This document shows, piece after piece, positions 19,330-28,840 of a stretch of 64,000 nucleotides of DNA. The DNA lies in assembly GCA_002437105.1 (NCBI GenBank), contig DJOB01000006.1:299273-363272 (forward strand). Direction: 5' to 3'. The notes beneath the pieces are model-generated. The model was not told where the DNA came from and searched no databases. It saw only the letters and a list, made by a program, of their open reading frames with translations. Numbering within the stretch: the first letter of the stretch is position 1; each line of letters starts with the position of its first letter. Position numbers and translations under genes: made by a program. Source of the DNA: Bacillales bacterium UBA6449. GTDB taxonomy: Bacteria > Bacillota_I > Bacilli_A > RFN20 > CAG-288.

Positions 19330-20241
19330 TTAGAATCCTCCTTCCAGATTCTTGCCGGTCGCGGCTAGGAATACATCGTCCATCTTGCCTTTGGTTATCT
19401 CGAAGTCCGTAAAGATATCCGGGTGCTCGACGATGAGGCGCTTAGCTTCATCCGTATTCTTTACCTCTATCCGTATCGTATCTTTAGTTTTCGTGTAGGG
19501 CAGATCCAGTTTTTTGATCTCTTCTTCGTCAAACTTATATAGGACGATGAAATCACCCGTATATTCATTCTTGAGATCGAGAGGGGTTCCTTCCGCTACT
19601 ATCTTTCCCTTATCTAGAATTACAACATAGTCTGCGTCGCTGACCTCTTCCATGTAGTGCGTGGTCAGGAATATGGTTACGCCTTTCTCCTTGCGATACC
19701 AATCGATGACTTCCCAGAGGTGCTTTCGAGTCTGAGGATCCAATCCAGTCGTAGGTTCATCCAGGATCAGAATCTTAGGATCTTGGATCAGGGCGCGGGC
19801 GACATCTATTCTTCTCCGCTGTCCACCGGATAATTTCCCGACTGGACGCTTTAGCAGATCTTCAAAGTGGAGGATGGTCGATAGCTCTTTGAGTCTCTTT
19901 TTGAATTCTTCTCCATAGATCTTGTACAAGGCGGCGCGTGATTCCAGATTATCTTTCACCTTTAGACTGTAGTCTAATACGGAGTCCTGAAAGACAACGC
20001 CGATCTCTCTGCTGATCGGAAGGAAGCCGTGATCGATATTTTTCCCGTCGATGATCACCGTTCCAGAATCCTTCCTGTTGATGCCAGTCATGATGGAGAT
20101 CGTTGTGCTCTTGCCTGCGCCGTTGATTCCTAAGAAGGCGAAGAACTCACCTTTTTTCACGTGGAAAGTCAGGTCATCTACGGCATGAACATCCTTATAG
20201 TATTTTTTTAGATTTTTTATTTCGATTATATTGTCACCCAT
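19330..20241 (-). CDS. ABC transporter ATP-binding protein (DrrA/CcmA-like exporter type)
   Basis: Walker A is GINGAGKSTT, the signature is LSGGQRRRIDVARAL and Walker B is ILDEPTTGLD. Confidence 0.92.
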   Translation of the reverse strand: MGDNIIEIKNLKKYYKDVHAVDDLTFHVKKGEFFAFLGINGAGKSTTISIMTGINRKDSGTVIIDGKNIDHGFLPISREIGVVFQDSVLDYSLKVKDNLESRAALYKIYGEEFKKRLKELSTILHFEDLLKRPVGKLSGGQRRRIDVARALIQDPKILILDEPTTGLDPQTRKHLWEVIDWYRKEKGVTIFLTTHYMEEVSDADYVVILDKGKIVAEGTPLDLKNEYTGDFIVLYKFDEEEIKKLDLPYTKTKDTIRIEVKNTDEAKRLIVEHPDIFTDFEITKGKMDDVFLAATGKNLEGGF

Positions 20242-20549
20242 CTAACTGGTTCCTTTCATAATCTTTTGCTCTTTTGTGTTTTTATTTATACACGAAAAGG
20301 ATTTTACCATAGGGTAAATGCATATTTGGTATTTAGAAGGGCAAAGCAGCAATAATTTACATGTCCTTAACAATTGGCATAAAGAAATATCTGATCTCTT
20401 TATTTTCGATATTTTTATTAAAAAAAGATTTCATCAGTCTTGCAATCGTAAGATAAAATTGTGGTTTGCTGATAGATTTTCGATGACGATTTTAGATATT
20501 TTGAAGTTTGCTGATTTTATTTGTCATCGATATTCATCTCTATTTTTAT

Positions 20550-21839
20550 CTAAATATATAGAGCTAGAATTGATATTAAAAATGTCGGAATAGAAATTAT
20601 CGACCCATAAAGACAGAATTTTGCGTAGGAGAAGTTTATCTGGTGCTCCTTTAAAATGCTCATCCACATCATGCCGGCTAGAGCGCCGATAGGGGTCAGT
20701 ATCGCTCCCAAGTTGCTGGAGATTATCACGGCATAGAGGGCTTGATTGCTGGCCTGACCCAAGGTGAGCAGATCGCCGAATAGGACAGACATGGGAAGAT
20801 TGTTCATGATGTTCGAAAAGAGGAATGAAGATAGGCCGTAGCTCCAAACCTGATCGAATCGATTCAGAAAGTCCACAAGTTTTTCACTGGCTCCTGAGAT
20901 GGAGAGGCTCATCACGATTCCGAACATCGACAGAAGGAAAGGAGCAAGGGTAAAAGGGAGTCCTTTGAGTGCGGACAGCAACAGTGTTGGCTTCTCTTTC
21001 TTTGCCAGCGATGAGATGAGGATGATTAGAATCAGGATGATCGCTCCGGCTCCGGCGAAGATCCACATCGGTAGATCTATGTATGAACTGATGGCCATCA
21101 GGATTGTGACGGCGATCAGGATGGTTAAGGAGACGAAAAAGATCGGTCTATCTTTTATTTTCTCGATGCTTACTTCTACATCTAGTTTATCTTTGAGCAT
21201 TCTGCGAAAGAGAAGGTACATGATGATTAAAGATACTAGTGCAGAGAACAGGGTGGGTAGAGCCATGTGGAGAAAATAGCCGCCGAAATCGATATTGAAT
21301 TCGGAGGCGAGATAGACGTTGGTAGGATTTCCGAAGATGAAGAGCATGGACCAGGTATTGGCTGCGACGAATTCACAGATTAGATAGGGGATGGGATTTA
21401 TCTTCGCATCCTTCGCGAAGAAGAGGATGAACGGGGTGAAGGTGATCACTACGATGTCGTTGGAAGTGAACATGGTTAGAAATCCGCATAGACCATATAG
21501 GAAGAAAAATAGAATCTGCTGTGAATCCTTGGCCTTCATGACCATTCGGCTGGCTAGATAGGAAAAGAAATTCAACCTATCCAAAACGGTTGAGATGAAA
21601 GTCATCGAAAAGAAGAGGACGAGTATCTCCAGAGGGTTCATCTTGCTGTCTTTTGCCAGCCCGGAGAAATACTTGTCAAAGGGAAGCGCTCCGCTTATCA
21701 ATAGGATTAGAAGACCTAGAAGAGGGGCGAGATAAAAGGTCGAGAAGGAATGACCGTGAATAGTTATCTTGGGAAAGAACAGAAGGAGGACGAGCATTCC
21801 TAAAATCGCTAGGATCGCAGTTACAACCGGTAGTACCAT
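20550..21839 (-). CDS. ArsB/NhaD-superfamily ion or anion permease
   Basis: It is 429 aa and a polytopic membrane protein of 10 or more TM segments. The composition and length are typical of the ArsB/NhaD (CitMHS-like) family. The substrate is unknown. Confidence 0.55.
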   Translation of the reverse strand: MVLPVVTAILAILGMLVLLLFFPKITIHGHSFSTFYLAPLLGLLILLISGALPFDKYFSGLAKDSKMNPLEILVLFFSMTFISTVLDRLNFFSYLASRMVMKAKDSQQILFFFLYGLCGFLTMFTSNDIVVITFTPFILFFAKDAKINPIPYLICEFVAANTWSMLFIFGNPTNVYLASEFNIDFGGYFLHMALPTLFSALVSLIIMYLLFRRMLKDKLDVEVSIEKIKDRPIFFVSLTILIAVTILMAISSYIDLPMWIFAGAGAIILILIILISSLAKKEKPTLLLSALKGLPFTLAPFLLSMFGIVMSLSISGASEKLVDFLNRFDQVWSYGLSSFLFSNIMNNLPMSVLFGDLLTLGQASNQALYAVIISSNLGAILTPIGALAGMMWMSILKEHQINFSYAKFCLYGSIISIPTFLISILALYI

Positions 21840-21908
21840 ATGTGGTGAAACTCTTTTTAGAGCGAAAAATCGAATCTATTCGGACGATCTCGATCTGATC
21901 TGTCCGAG

Positions 21909-22451
21909 TTAGTTCTTTATCAGTCCGTTTGCCTCCATCCAGGTCTCGATATAGACGGTCTTTCCATCCTTGATGGTTCCATCCTTTACCATCTTTTTAA
22001 ATTCTGCGAGAGTCACTTCGAATGTCTCGATAAATTCATCTTTGTCTTCATGGATTCTTCCTTTTATCAGGTCCGTGGCGATAAAGAGGCCGATCACTTC
22101 GGTTGAATAGGCGGGAGCGGGATAGTACTCACCGATCTTTTGAAGCTTTTGCGCTCTATAACCCGTTTCTTCCTCCAGCTCTCTATACGCGGTCTGTTCG
22201 AGCGTTTCGCCCTTGTCGCTCTTTCCTGCGGGAGCGGCGATCAAGACGGAGTTGAACGGATGGCGATACTCTCGCTCGAGGAGGACTTTTCCATCCGGCA
22301 TGATGGGGAGAACTGAGATGCCGGGGACGCGCTCGACTACCTCTTTTACGGTTTCGACATCGTGAGGGCAAATTACGGTGTCGACTCTCAGATTGAGTTT
22401 GTAACCATCGTAGATTCTTTTGCTGCTTTTAACTTTTTCCATTAGATCCAT
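21909..22451 (-). CDS. NUDIX hydrolase (ADP-ribose pyrophosphatase-like)
   Basis: The Nudix box is GKSDKGETLEQTAYRELEEETGY. Confidence 0.85.
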   Translation of the reverse strand: MDLMEKVKSSKRIYDGYKLNLRVDTVICPHDVETVKEVVERVPGISVLPIMPDGKVLLEREYRHPFNSVLIAAPAGKSDKGETLEQTAYRELEEETGYRAQKLQKIGEYYPAPAYSTEVIGLFIATDLIKGRIHEDKDEFIETFEVTLAEFKKMVKDGTIKDGKTVYIETWMEANGLIKN

Positions 22452-22546
22452 ATATAGTTCCTTCTATTTCATTTCATCCTTTCGTAGATGATCGGCTTTC
22501 CTGCCGTGGTAACAGAGAGATATCTGCTCGGATCAACTGCGATTGC

Positions 22547-23383
22547 CTATTGCATATCCAAGGCAACTTTATGGTTGGGAGAAGGGAATACTTTATTAAG
22601 CATAGCCTTTTCTTGAGGCGTCAGAGATATATTGAGAGTTTCGATGTTTTCTTTCATATGTATAGGATTAGAAGCCTTGGGGATGGAGATCACATCATCC
22701 TGGCTCAAGGTGAAGGCCAAAAGCACCTGCATGGGAGTGATACCGTGATTCTCGGCGATGGATAGTACAGATCTATTCTCCAGCATCGATGCTCTCAATC
22801 TCCCGCCCATAGCTAGCGGGCAATAAGCCATAAAGCCGATGCCCCTATCCTTCAAGAACGGAAGAAGGTCGTATTCAACCCCTCTAGATCCTAGATGGTA
22901 GAGGCACTGATCGACGAGGCATCTGTCGCCTCCTTTTATGGATAGGAGCTCTCTCATGTCATCTGTATCAAAGTTTGAGACTCCCCAATTCCTGATCAGG
23001 CCTTCTCTCTGAGCCTCCTCGAATAGCTGAATAGTTTCTTCTAGGGGAATCTCGCCGCGCCAATGGAGAAGATAGAGATCGATATAGTCGGTCTTAAGGC
23101 GGCTCAGTGAGCCCTTTAGACTGTCCATAAAGGAGTCTTGACCAGCATTCCAAGGAAGGACCTTATCTACTATGTAAAGCTTGGAGCGATCGTAACCTTG
23201 AATCGCTTCAGATATCAGGGATTCTGATTTTCCTTCGCCGTACATTTCGGCTGTATCTATCAGGGTCATTCCATGATCGAGACCATAGCGGAGAGAAGAT
23301 AGTTCCTGCTCGTGTTTGCTCCGATTCTCTCCCATCTTCCAAGTTCCCATTCCTAGCACGGGAATTCCATTTACTTCTTTCAT
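22547..23383 (-). CDS. aldo/keto reductase
   Basis: AKR motifs present are LGMGTWKMG, IDTAEMYG and DLYLLHW. Confidence 0.9.
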   Translation of the reverse strand: MKEVNGIPVLGMGTWKMGENRSKHEQELSSLRYGLDHGMTLIDTAEMYGEGKSESLISEAIQGYDRSKLYIVDKVLPWNAGQDSFMDSLKGSLSRLKTDYIDLYLLHWRGEIPLEETIQLFEEAQREGLIRNWGVSNFDTDDMRELLSIKGGDRCLVDQCLYHLGSRGVEYDLLPFLKDRGIGFMAYCPLAMGGRLRASMLENRSVLSIAENHGITPMQVLLAFTLSQDDVISIPKASNPIHMKENIETLNISLTPQEKAMLNKVFPSPNHKVALDMQ

Positions 23384-23509
23384 GCTTTTTCCTCGCCTGG
23401 CTAATAGCCTAGCACGCCTGAGATGGTAAGAATTAAAAGCATTTTTAATATTTGCTGGATGTCATATCGCTAGGTATTTTTGTCTATATAGGGTCATTTC
23501 AGCATAAGA

Positions 23510-23540
23510 GAAAATAAAAGGACCTACTTTCGTAGGTCCC
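23510..23540 (-). terminator. intrinsic terminator, minus strand
   Basis: A perfect 9-bp stem GGGACCTAC/GTAGGTCCC (23519-23527 / 23532-23540) with loop TTTC. On the minus strand it is followed by TTTTATTTT. Confidence 0.8.
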
Positions 23541-23983
23541 CCTATTACTATCATCGGGATTATATTTTCGATGCGATAGCCTGACTAGCTGGGAGAAGTT
23601 TAAGTGGCTAGTACATCTGAGAAGGTGCAAGAGATATACCGACGAGATCCCCATCGCAAATGTAGAAGCAAAAAATAGAGAGCTTTCAGTCATGCTAGGC
23701 TAATTCTTTTTCCCCTTCCCAGAGGCTTTTGCCGTCCCATATCTTGGCTTTAAGAATTCTTTCCTGAGTGCGTCCCCATTAGGATCTTCCATTTCAATTT
23801 GATCGAAATCGATCTTCTATCTTAAAGCCCTAAAGGCTATATTCCTCTTTCTTTCTTATATACCTAAGCAGTTCCATCATTTGACTAAGAATCATTTCTT
23901 TCGATTACGCTAAGCAGCCGATATTTTGGCTATAAGGTGACATAGGAAGATAAAAAAGTCGGATATTTAGCACAGTGTGAATG
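23541..23983 (-). ncRNA. candidate ncRNA or unexplained ORF-free transcription unit; class unknown and boundaries approximate
   Basis: About 440 nt lie between two minus-strand intrinsic terminators. No credible ORF is present. The promoter is not confidently located, though an AT-rich TATATA lies near 23855. Confidence 0.25.
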
Positions 23984-24009
23984 AAAAAAGACCCGCATCT
24001 CTGCAGGTC
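23984..24009 (-). terminator. intrinsic terminator downstream of tRNA-Ser(GCT)
   Basis: The stem GACCCGCA/TGCAGGTC pairs at 7 of 8 positions, with loop TCTC. The plus-strand A-run 23984-23989 gives a U-run on the minus strand. Confidence 0.7.
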
Positions 24010-24101
24010 TCATGTATCAGCTATTCTTCCTTCTGTCAGGAAGTTTTGCTGTGAATGTGAATTCTCACCTTAATGCGGTGAGTGTTCGCATAGGAATCCG
24101 A

Positions 24102-24192
24102 TGGCGGAGCAATAGAGATTTGAACTCTAGCAGGGGTTGCCCCCTCTACGTCCTTAGCAGGGACGCCTCTTGAACCACTTGAGTATTGCTCC
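24102..24192 (-). tRNA. tRNA-Ser (anticodon GCT), class II, CCA encoded
   Basis: The reverse complement folds as GGAGCAA-TA-D arm-CGTCC CTGCTAA GGACG-long variable arm-TAGAG TTCAAAT CTCTA-TTGCTCC-G-CCA. Confidence 0.9.
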
Positions 24193-24264
24193 ATCCCTTG
24201 CCAAAACGGCTTTACAATTATCGTCTTTCTTCCTTTGAAAGTCAAAAGAAAAATAGGGATCTAA

Positions 24265-24702
24265 TTACTGTTTCTCCTGTTTTTCCTTAGCGAGGCAATC
24301 GGGGCAGATGCAGTAGAGTATGGTCTTGCCATAGTCTAGTCGGCAACCATGCTCTTTCTGAACATGCTCATAGAAGGTCTCGAGAAGGGTGCACTCCAAG
24401 GGGAGCAGTTTTCCGCATCGGAGGCAGACCATCCTTCCGTGCGAGAAATCTTTAGCGTCCAGGCCCGAATATCTATATAGACCTCTTTTTCCATCGTTCG
24501 ACGTTACTCTAATTACGGTTCCGTCCTCCTGGAGCTTCTCGAGGAAGCGGTATATGGTCACTAGGGATACCGCTACCCCTCGATCGGCCAACCCCTGTTT
24601 GATCGTGTCGGGGCTTACTAGTTCCTCTCGGTGTGTTTTGAGAAATTCGAGCATAGCGGTCTTCTGCTGAGTCTTATAGACTATTTTCTTTGTGGAATTC
24701 AT
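24265..24702 (-). CDS. Fur-family metalloregulator (Fur/Zur/PerR type not resolved)
   Basis: The N-terminal winged helix reads VSLVTIYRFLEKLQEDG. The two structural-Zn CxxC pairs are CLRCG and CPDC. Confidence 0.85.
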   Translation of the reverse strand: MNSTKKIVYKTQQKTAMLEFLKTHREELVSPDTIKQGLADRGVAVSLVTIYRFLEKLQEDGTVIRVTSNDGKRGLYRYSGLDAKDFSHGRMVCLRCGKLLPLECTLLETFYEHVQKEHGCRLDYGKTILYCICPDCLAKEKQEKQ

Positions 24703-24872
24703 CGTGCACCTCCTGATTCATCTAGATTCTATCAGTGCTGTTATTCGATGCTTCAAAAGTCTTACATCTTCTATTCCAATAGCTCTTTCAAGTTCAAAAG
24801 GTATTAAAAAAGTGGCTTAAACACTTGATTATTTCTCATTTTGATAAATAATCATAACGGAGGAAAACACAG

Positions 24873-25154
24873 ATGGTCATTAAAGATCTGATCGATGATG
24901 TCGCCGCTAGGGCCCGACTCACCAAGAAGGACGCGGAGGCTGCAATCAACTCCGTATTTGCCGGAATCACCGAGGGACTCACCACTGATGGCAAGGTCTT
25001 AATCTCAGGATTTGGAATTTTCGAGGTTAAGGAAACTAAGGCGCGCAGAGGTGTTAATCCCTCCAACGGAGATAAGATCAACATCCCTGCTTCCAAGCGT
25101 GTGACTTTCAGGGTCTCTTCTACTCTGAAGGATGCTATCAAGGGCGAGAAGTAG
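24873..25154 (+). CDS. hup: nucleoid protein HU
   Basis: It is 93 aa with the HU signature GFGIFEVKETKARRGVNPSNGDKINIPASKRVTF. An RBS GGAGG lies upstream. Confidence 0.95.
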   Translation: MVIKDLIDDVAARARLTKKDAEAAINSVFAGITEGLTTDGKVLISGFGIFEVKETKARRGVNPSNGDKINIPASKRVTFRVSSTLKDAIKGEK

Positions 25155-25186
25155 CTTTCGGTCGTCGCTCACAGATGATCCCATCG

Positions 25187-25213
25187 CCGGATGATGTATC
25201 ATCCGGTTTTTTT
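25187..25213 (+). terminator. intrinsic terminator after hup
   Basis: A perfect 9-bp stem CCGGATGAT/ATCATCCGG with a 2-nt loop, followed by TTTTTTT. Confidence 0.85.
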
Positions 25214-25261
25214 ATGCCTGCGACCCGGGGTATAGTCTTACTCAGAAGAAAGGTCATTCAG

Positions 25262-28081
25262 ATGGTAATAGTCCTAAAAGATGTCGAGAAGACCTATCGA
25301 GCTAAGGGGAGTGAATATACTGCTCTCAAAGGTATTTCCTTTACCTTTCCCTCCACGGGATTGGTCTGTATCCTCGGTCCTTCCGGCTGTGGTAAGACTA
25401 CCCTCTTGAATCTTATGGGTGCTCTCGATCAGCCTACTAAAGGCGAGATACTTGTCGATGGTAAGAACCTAGCTTCATTTACGAGCAAGGAATGCGATGC
25501 CTACCGCAATCAGCGGGTGGGGTTTATCTTTCAGGACTATAACCTGATCTCTGGAATGTCCTGTGCGGATAACATCCGCACGGCTCTCGAGATCTCTAAT
25601 ACGCCCCGGAGCGAGAGGGAGCACACCATCGAAGAGGTGATGGATGCGGTGGGAGTAAGGAATCTTTGTGATCGTCTTCCTAATCAGATATCCGGTGGAC
25701 AGAGGCAGAGAGTCTCGATCGCCCGCGCTATCGCTACGAATCCGGATCTGCTCCTGGCTGATGAACCTACTGGAGCTCTGGATTTAAAGCGGGGCAAAGA
25801 GATACTTCAGATATTGAAGCGCGAGAGCCAGAAGCGGTTGGTCGTCATTGTCACCCACAACGAATCGTTGGCGAATGAGTATGCCGACTCGATAATAAAT
25901 ATCGAAGATGGACGCATTAAATCCATTTCAGAGAAAGCTGAGTTAAATCATACTGCTAAGGGCGATTCTAAGCCCGTTAATGCCAAGCAAAAGATCGGCT
26001 TGGGGCTCTTTAGATCCTTCAGGATGGGCATTCAGCGCATCAGGGAAGGCATCGGTCGATTCCTCGCCCTCTCCCTGTCGATATCGTTTGGCATATTCTT
26101 CCTGATGTTTACCCTGAGCCTCTCCAATGGATTCAATCGCTATGTGGAGCGAGTCTCGAGACAGACTGGCTCGATGATGTCCTATTCGGTTCCTTCTTAT
26201 ATAGCTCACTCTAAGAGCGACGAGTGGCAAGAGTACAATCAGAGCGAGGACTATCCTAGCGGTGATCTGATATATCCCTATTACCAGGCTGATAATCTAG
26301 TCAGCTATCAATACAATCATTTCGATCCTCACTACATATCTTTTCTGGAGCAATTGAAGAAAGACGAGGTTCTCTCTGACTATGTGATTAATTATGCCGG
26401 AAATGCTTCCATGATAATGCTGACTAGTCAGCCGGGAAAGATCTCTGATAACACTGGAGCTGGTACTGTTGAGGTGGATACGACCAGGACTGCTTCGATG
26501 GCACCGGGTACTGGTGGAATGAACTTTGCTCCCACTTCTATCGTTCACACTCTCTTCGGAAACTATGAGCAGGATTACGATGTCCTTTCTGGAAGATTAC
26601 CTAAGGATGATTCTGAGGGGGTTCTGATTGTTGATAAGCGTAATTCGATCTCCTTCGATACTCTTAAATCTTTAGGCTTTTACAACAATCAAGATACTAA
26701 GCAGGACATCTTGGATGCGAGCGGGAAGGTTCAAGGGTTCGATTTCGAGGTGGCACTAGGTAAGGAATATCGTATCTATTCGCTGGATGATTACTATCAG
26801 CTAGTCAATACGGTAGCGGTGACTGATGGGTTAGGTGAAAGTCACTCGCTAGACTTGTTCTCCTCGGCGTATCTATCTAGTGAAGGCCAAGATACTCAGG
26901 AGAAATTAGATAACTATTATGCGGACCATACTCCTTTCAAATCCTTGAAGATCGTCGGGATCATTCGTCCGAATAAATCTATAGCTAATCCATCCATGCG
27001 TACTGGTTTAGCCTATCTGCCATCTCTCATGGAAGATATCGTGGAGGTGAATAGATCATCGAAGGTTTCTACCTCATTTGAGAAGTCGTTGATAGTAAGG
27101 GAAAACAGCTCGTTAGGAGATATGGTTTCTGATCTCGAAAAAGCTATATCCGAAGCTGAGCAGGGAGATGATGACTCCATATCCCTGACTCCGATAAAGG
27201 ATGTTTTGGATAAGTATCTCTACGGAGCGGTTACAGTAGCGGATTCCTACTATCAAAATAAGGACGTCTTATATGCATATACCACGCTGGCGGGATTCTA
27301 TAGGGCGGCATCTATATATGGAGCCCAGATGATATCTGACGATATGAGTTTTACCTCGCTCTCCTCTGTTGATGATCTGAAACCTTATATTCAGAAGCTG
27401 ACAGCTCTCTATACCGAGGGAAAAGTTGAACAAGCCTATTCGCTTCTCACATCTCTATGCGGGATACTGAATGCGTATTCGACTATTTCCAGTATCACCT
27501 TGCTTCCGTCTTCTATGGAGAACTCCACTAAGCTAGCGGAGATTCTTGAAGACTATAACAATATCGAAGTGGGATCGGTCTACCACGCTCAGAGTGAAGA
27601 GGGAAAGATCTATACCATAGATTATGTCTCCTGGGCTATTTCGGATGTGGGTACGGCTATCGATCTCGGCTCGACTCTTCTGATTGTTCTCTCGGTCATT
27701 TCGCTGTTGGCAGCGGTAGTAATCGGTGCTGCGGTGACGAATATGTCGGTGATGGAAAGAACGCGCGAGATAGGAATCCTGCGAGCTATCGGGGCAAAGA
27801 AGAGCGATGTGTGCGTGATATTTGAATCTGAATCGATGTTAGCTGGTATATGTGGAGCAGTAATGGGCAGCCTCTTGGCATATGTAACAACCTTCCCGGT
27901 CAATGCGATAATCAATTACTATTATTCCGTGTATAGCATGGATAGTATCGCTAGTATGGCTTGGTGGGCTCCGCTTATCGCCCTTCCGATAGCGGTTCTC
28001 ATCTCCTGTGTTTCAGCTCTGATCCCTTCGCTTAAAGCTGCTAATAAGGATCCTGTGATCTGCTTGAAGAGCAATGAGTAG
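25262..28081 (+). CDS. fused ABC ATPase / FtsX-type permease (MacB-like) with a very large extracytoplasmic domain
   Basis: The N-terminal ATPase has [26 protein letters not shown] and [13 protein letters not shown]1 follows, then a hydrophilic region of about 500 aa. The C-terminal FtsX module reads [14 protein letters not shown] and has 3 TM segments. I placed the start at ATG 25262 because the track ORF start (25175) lies inside the hup terminator. Confidence 0.85.
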   Translation: MVIVLKDVEKTYRAKGSEYTALKGISFTFPSTGLVCILGPSGCGKTTLLNLMGALDQPTKGEILVDGKNLASFTSKECDAYRNQRVGFIFQDYNLISGMSCADNIRTALEISNTPRSEREHTIEEVMDAVGVRNLCDRLPNQISGGQRQRVSIARAIATNPDLLLADEPTGALDLKRGKEILQILKRESQKRLVVIVTHNESLANEYADSIINIEDGRIKSISEKAELNHTAKGDSKPVNAKQKIGLGLFRSFRMGIQRIREGIGRFLALSLSISFGIFFLMFTLSLSNGFNRYVERVSRQTGSMMSYSVPSYIAHSKSDEWQEYNQSEDYPSGDLIYPYYQADNLVSYQYNHFDPHYISFLEQLKKDEVLSDYVINYAGNASMIMLTSQPGKISDNTGAGTVEVDTTRTASMAPGTGGMNFAPTSIVHTLFGNYEQDYDVLSGRLPKDDSEGVLIVDKRNSISFDTLKSLGFYNNQDTKQDILDASGKVQGFDFEVALGKEYRIYSLDDYYQLVNTVAVTDGLGESHSLDLFSSAYLSSEGQDTQEKLDNYYADHTPFKSLKIVGIIRPNKSIANPSMRTGLAYLPSLMEDIVEVNRSSKVSTSFEKSLIVRENSSLGDMVSDLEKAISEAEQGDDDSISLTPIKDVLDKYLYGAVTVADSYYQNKDVLYAYTTLAGFYRAASIYGAQMISDDMSFTSLSSVDDLKPYIQKLTALYTEGKVEQAYSLLTSLCGILNAYSTISSITLLPSSMENSTKLAEILEDYNNIEVGSVYHAQSEEGKIYTIDYVSWAISDVGTAIDLGSTLLIVLSVISLLAAVVIGAAVTNMSVMERTREIGILRAIGAKKSDVCVIFESESMLAGICGAVMGSLLAYVTTFPVNAIINYYYSVYSMDSIASMAWWAPLIALPIAVLISCVSALIPSLKAANKDPVICLKSNE

Positions 28082-28211
28082 AGAGTAGAAGCGAAAATAG
28101 GTTGAATATTGATTCTTCCCCTATTTTGTTTCTTCATTCCTAGATAGTTGTCTTGGGTATAAATTACATTTGTATGCCTATGGTTACTCTTGCATATTTT
28201 TAGCACTGCAC

Positions 28212-28239
28212 ATAAAAACCACCCCATACATCGGGGTGG
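28212..28239 (-). terminator. intrinsic terminator ending the large ORF-free unit
   Basis: The stem CCACCCC/GGGGTGG (28219-28225 / 28233-28239) has a 7-nt loop. The plus-strand A-run 28214-28218 gives a U-run on the minus strand. Confidence 0.8.
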
Positions 28240-28835
28240 CTGCTCAATCGAATCGGATATCTGCGAACTTGCGGTTTTCCTTAAACGTCTCAACAGTTCT
28301 GATGCGCTTATCTCTCAATCTTCCCTTCCAAATAATTGAGTCGCTGCTTTTGGAACTAATCTTGAATTAACCTATCAAGATAGTTCCATCAATTCTGAGG
28401 ATTAACCTACCTCAGTGGTCTCAGCTTGATCCGTTACTCTCTTATGCTAAGGTGAATGGATCTTCAACAGTCAGATCAGCGCTTTCGTCAACCTATCGGT
28501 TAGATTCATAATCGTACGCCTTATATCTAACGGATAGACAACTACTTTTGACTGATAGTCATCGCCTAGCACTAGAAGAAGTTTCTAAGCTTTTCTAGTT
28601 CGCCTTGCAAACATATCGGATGACTTATTTTGTGATTTTGTAGAAGGTACAGTCAATTCTTCCCAGGAGACTTCAGCGTAGTGCCGATGCCTTAAACCCT
28701 GTACTCGACTCTCCGGTCCCGAGGTTACAATCCTGATACCGCTTGTAGTCAGAAGCGGACCAGACCCCTTCGCCTCAACTGAGCTTATCTTCCCATCAAG
28801 GAGGGTTCGTCGCCTTGTCGTCCCCCCTCCTTCGT
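28212..28835 (-). ncRNA. candidate large structured ncRNA (about 620 nt), class unknown
   Basis: It has its own promoter (28841-28869) and terminator (28212-28239). Stops occur in all frames. Many perfect local helices are present. Two adjacent hairpins carry an identical 9-nt loop on different stems. It sits next to a tRNA cluster. Confidence 0.45.
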
Positions 28836-28840
28836 CTATG

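Noticed and set aside
23499-23693. 64-aa ORF on the minus strand
   Set aside because: It reads straight through the 9-bp terminator hairpin at 23519-23540. The nearest purine-rich stretch lies more than 20 nt from the ATG. The sequence is not protein-like.
23700-23792. 30-aa ORF MEDPNGDALRKEFLKPRYGTAKASGKGKKN (minus strand)
   Set aside because: It has no Shine-Dalgarno and a stop codon lies immediately upstream in frame. It could be a gene remnant, but that cannot be supported from sequence alone.
24842-24856. Fur-box-like TGATAAATAATCATA upstream of hup, next to the fur-family gene
   Set aside because: The dyad symmetry is imperfect and it overlaps the AT-rich -10 region of the hup promoter. 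It cannot be told apart from promoter sequence.
25175-25261. 5' extension of the MacB-like ORF, and the analogous extensions of mnmG (13572), recU (49548), phoU (2245) and the ferredoxin gene (57773)
   Set aside because: These extensions cross terminators or upstream genes and lack an RBS. Internal starts with a good Shine-Dalgarno give proteins with canonical N termini.
27922-28370. Track ORFs 27922..28293 (-) and 28170..28370 (+) in the large gap
   Set aside because: Neither has an RBS. The first overlaps the 3' end of the MacB-like gene and reads through the terminator hairpin at 28219-28239. Both have a low-complexity, noise-like composition.
23700-28670. Shared CTGGGAAG...AGAATT motif between the two ORF-free loci, as evidence that they are paralogous RNAs
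   Set aside because: An 8-mer shared between sequences of 450 nt and 620 nt is expected by chance, with several matches predicted. I found no extended collinear similarity.
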